Below, one piece after another: positions 61,880-64,000 of a stretch of DNA of 64,000 bases. The stretch covers positions 20,375 through 84,374 of the forward strand of contig JBFMAF010000031.1 in the NCBI GenBank assembly GCA_040755995.1, in the 5' to 3' direction. The notes beneath the pieces were generated by a model, which worked only from the letters and a program-made list of their open reading frames with translations, was not told the DNA's origin and ran no database searches. Position 1 is the stretch's first letter. Every line of letters starts with the position of its first letter. The DNA comes from Acidobacteriota bacterium. GTDB lineage: Bacteria > Acidobacteriota > CAIWXX01. Made by a program: the position numbers and the translations under genes.

Positions 61880-62564
61880 CCCGGTCTCTGGCGTAGTCCT
61901 TGGCGAGATCCTCGATTGACTCACCGCTGTTGAATCGCTCGGCGAGTACCTCCGTCGGTATCCCGGTTCCCCGCAAGACCGGGCGCCCGAAAGAGATCCG
62001 AGGATCGATCACCACGTAAGACGGTGCACCCAGATCAACCGGCCGCACGAAGGGGTAGAGCCTTTCGGCCCTCCCAAATGCGTCCCATTCGATTCTCTTC
62101 AGATGGGCTTCGAGAACTTCCTTCATAGCGAGTTGGCCCCTTCTCGAGACGGCGATGAGCTCGCCGTACTTCACCACGAGAAGGTCGAGCCCATCTGTGA
62201 GGAACCGATGATCAGTGAGTGGATGGGGCGAGGGGAAGGCGCTCTTCAGGTAGTCCAACGCCAACCGGATGCTCCTGAGCGGGACTCCGTGCCGGCGGCG
62301 GGTGGCCTTCAACACGTGGGCCTCGACGACATTCATGAACGAGAGGAGCCGCTTGCTCCTGTCCGGGAGCTCTATCACAGGCGAGAAGAACGTGCGGCCC
62401 TTCTCAGTCGGATAGTAGAGACCGAAGGCCCAATTCCTGAGCGTGCCTGTCGGCAGACCGACATAGCGAGCTGCTTCACGGGCCGTGTACGTCGGGATCT
62501 CGCGCGGATCAGCGCCAGAGTAAATGTCGCTCCCCTCTCCCATTTCACCGCGCCTCTCTTTCAT
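61836..62564 (-). CDS. MerR-like HTH plus DUF433 domain protein (putative antitoxin partner); start uncertain
   Basis: YTAREAARYVGLPTGTLRNW (HTH) and a C-terminal IDPRISFGRPVLRGTGIPTEVLAERFNSGESIEDLAKDY (DUF433 signature). Confidence 0.65.
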   Translation of the reverse strand: MKERRGEMGEGSDIYSGADPREIPTYTAREAARYVGLPTGTLRNWAFGLYYPTEKGRTFFSPVIELPDRSKRLLSFMNVVEAHVLKATRRRHGVPLRSIRLALDYLKSAFPSPHPLTDHRFLTDGLDLLVVKYGELIAVSRRGQLAMKEVLEAHLKRIEWDAFGRAERLYPFVRPVDLGAPSYVVIDPRISFGRPVLRGTGIPTEVLAERFNSGESIEDLAKDYARDRDEIEEAIRCELRAA

Positions 62565-62649
62565 GATACCACACTCGCCGGCAGGCCAGGCGCATGGGCT
62601 CCGGCCACCCGCCATCTTGGACAGGAGCGTCTAAGCCGTACGGTCCTAG

Positions 62650-62913
62650 CTATTGGTGCGCCGGCTGGAATCCGATTCGCTTCTGCAATGCGTCGGGAAG
62701 CTCAGCCAAGATGCGAGTGTGCTCAATCAGAGTTGCGAGCACCTGGTCCAGTTTGACCTCAACCACGTCCATCCGCCGCGCAAGCTCCACCCATCTCTCA
62801 TCTTGTTCCGCATGTCTCTTCACCGCCCATGCCTGAAGCGCCAAGAGCTCCGACATCTGTTTCTCAGTCGTGCTCTGCCTCGGCCTCGGCCGGCCGTTCT
62901 TCCGTGGTGGCAT
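62650..62913 (-). CDS. Small hypothetical coiled-coil protein (start taken at MPPRKNGRPRP)
   Basis: Basic N-terminus, then helical heptad-like sequence. No family recognised. Confidence 0.35.
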   Translation of the reverse strand: MPPRKNGRPRPRQSTTEKQMSELLALQAWAVKRHAEQDERWVELARRMDVVEVKLDQVLATLIEHTRILAELPDALQKRIGFQPAHQ

Positions 62914-63091
62914 CGTTGCCTCCTCATATGCGGATAGCGCGGAATCGCCGCGCCTGCCAGAGCGCAAGAGCGAGCGGAGCGGGCGAGAATCCTTGACCCG
63001 CCCGTTCGCCTGCGTTAGCCTAGAGACATAACGGTCGAATCAGGGTACAGGAACGTGCGGCCGGACCTAGCGCACAACGGAAGGAAGACTC

Positions 63092-63607
63092 ATGGCACTA
63101 GTCCCTTGCAGGGAATGCAAGAAAGAGATCAGCACTGACGCGCCCAACTGTCCACACTGCGGCGCGCCGTATCCAGCGAGGGCGGGCTGGCGCGGGCCGG
63201 GTTTCGAGTGGAAGTCACAGCAGACACTCTGGGGGTATCCGCTCGTGCACGTCGCGTTCGGGCGCGACGCGGGTGGGCGGCTGCGGGTGGCCAAGGGGAT
63301 CATCGCCATCGGCCAGTTCGGCGTTGGCCTGATCACGTTTGCTCAGATGGGCATCGGATTGCTCTTCGGCTTCGGCCAGGTGATGTTCGGACTCACAGCC
63401 CTGGCGCAGTTCGCCTTCGCTGCGTATTTCGGAATCGGACAGATCGCTACCGGCTACATCGCCATCGGCCAGGTGGTTTTCGCATACTACGGCCTGGCGC
63501 AGTCTGGATTCGCCGAGTACCTGTGGAGTGTGAAGAGACGCGATCCGGAGGCCGTCGAGTTCTTCAGGCAGCTGGCAGAGAGAGTCGGGCTGGCCCTGGG
63601 CCGATGA
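63092..63607 (+). CDS. Zinc-ribbon membrane protein
   Basis: N-terminal CRECKKEIS..CPHCG zinc ribbon, then Gly/Ile/Gln-rich TM repeats (IAIGQFGVGLI, IGIGQIATGYIAIGQVVF). Confidence 0.55.
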   Translation: MALVPCRECKKEISTDAPNCPHCGAPYPARAGWRGPGFEWKSQQTLWGYPLVHVAFGRDAGGRLRVAKGIIAIGQFGVGLITFAQMGIGLLFGFGQVMFGLTALAQFAFAAYFGIGQIATGYIAIGQVVFAYYGLAQSGFAEYLWSVKRRDPEAVEFFRQLAERVGLALGR

Positions 63608-63637
63608 GGCACGGGGACGCGGCCAATTGGAGGTATC

Positions 63638-64000
63638 ATGGCACTGAAGCTGTATCAAGTTGACGCGTTTACGGATCGCGTGTTCGGCGGCAATCCGGCG
63701 GCCGTCTGCATTCTGACCGAGCCGCGTCAGGACACGTGGATGCAGAGCCTGGCGCAGGAGATGAACCTGTCGGAGACCGCATTTCTCTTGAAGGAACAAG
63801 ATGACTACGGCCTTCGCTGGTTCACGCCCGCGGTGGAGGTGGACCTTTGCGGCCATGCCACGCTCGCGAGTGCGCACGTACTATGGGAGACGGGCATGCT
63901 CGCACCCGACGAGCTGGCGCGGTTTCACACGCGCAGCGGCCTGCTCACGGCCGGCAGACGAGGCGACTGGATCGAGATGGACTTCCCGGAAGAGCCGCCT
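63638..64000 (+). CDS. PhzF family isomerase, N-terminal 121 codons (runs off right edge)
   Basis: MALKLYQVDAFTDRVFGGNPAAVC...MNLSETAFL...RWFTP..EVDLCGHATLA is the PhzF N-terminal pattern. GGAGG RBS 5 nt upstream. Confidence 0.85.
   Translation, partial: MALKLYQVDAFTDRVFGGNPAAVCILTEPRQDTWMQSLAQEMNLSETAFLLKEQDDYGLRWFTPAVEVDLCGHATLASAHVLWETGMLAPDELARFHTRSGLLTAGRRGDWIEMDFPEEPP

Noticed and set aside
61447-63700. Integrated prophage or genomic island at tRNA-Glu
   Set aside because: I found no integrase, no phage-like genes and no direct repeat of the tRNA 3' end downstream. Only a weak remnant hypothesis is retained in the findings.

Overview
GC-rich bacterial chromosomal window with no rRNA, CRISPR array or intact mobile element. 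All family calls were made by eye from motifs; no searches or folding programs were run.

Layout from left to right:
1. Minus-strand tryptophan operon trpE-G-D-C-F-(B, cut by the window edge), with coupled ATGA junctions. Not in the ORF track: a 34-aa Trp-codon leader peptide, an intrinsic terminator and a consensus promoter, which together look like a classical attenuator.
2. Thioredoxin-like [2Fe-2S] ferredoxin, MoaB, and a GT-C-type membrane glycosyltransferase.
3. ArsR-headed MacAB-like efflux operon (adaptor, ATPase, two FtsX permeases).
4. About 3.7 kb of decayed accessory DNA (13.4-17.1 kb). It holds a serpin 3' fragment, an ORF split by an in-frame TAG, two orphan hypotheticals (one DUF1963-like) and an IS91-type transposase N-terminal remnant.
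5. A stand-alone radical SAM gene with the architecture of the archaeal MJ0619/Tes (tetraether lipid synthase) family. It is followed by an anchored PBP-like protein and a Ser/Thr kinase fused to a PAP2_C-type lipid-phosphate membrane domain.
6. A roughly 28 kb envelope glycan/glycosylation supercluster (22.6-50.8 kb):
 - Sugar and donor genes: WecE/WecD-type 4-acetamido-4,6-dideoxyhexose genes, an ArnC/GtrB-like polyprenyl-phosphate GT2, an FAD oxidoreductase and GDP-mannose 3,5-epimerase.
 - Membrane transferases: at least five GT-C-like membrane proteins plus one fragment.
 - Candidate target: a large secreted propeller/InlB-B-repeat protein with its own strong promoter.
 - Other genes: a tandem ThyX-like protein, GT2, GT4, FkbM and Wzx.
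7. feoB-dtxR, an Rrf2 regulator, an OprP-like porin, a secreted hypothetical and a patatin.
8. A radical SAM/SPASM gene plus a long SDR-fusion gene.
9. tRNA-Lys(UUU) and tRNA-Glu(UUC) with tandem consensus promoters, a DUF433/PIN-like pair, small ORFs and a partial PhzF gene.

Cross-cutting observation: many intergenic regions carry 2-5 tandem copies of 7- or 8-nt units, several sharing a CGGAGA core. Some abut -35 boxes and some are arranged as long imperfect hairpins.
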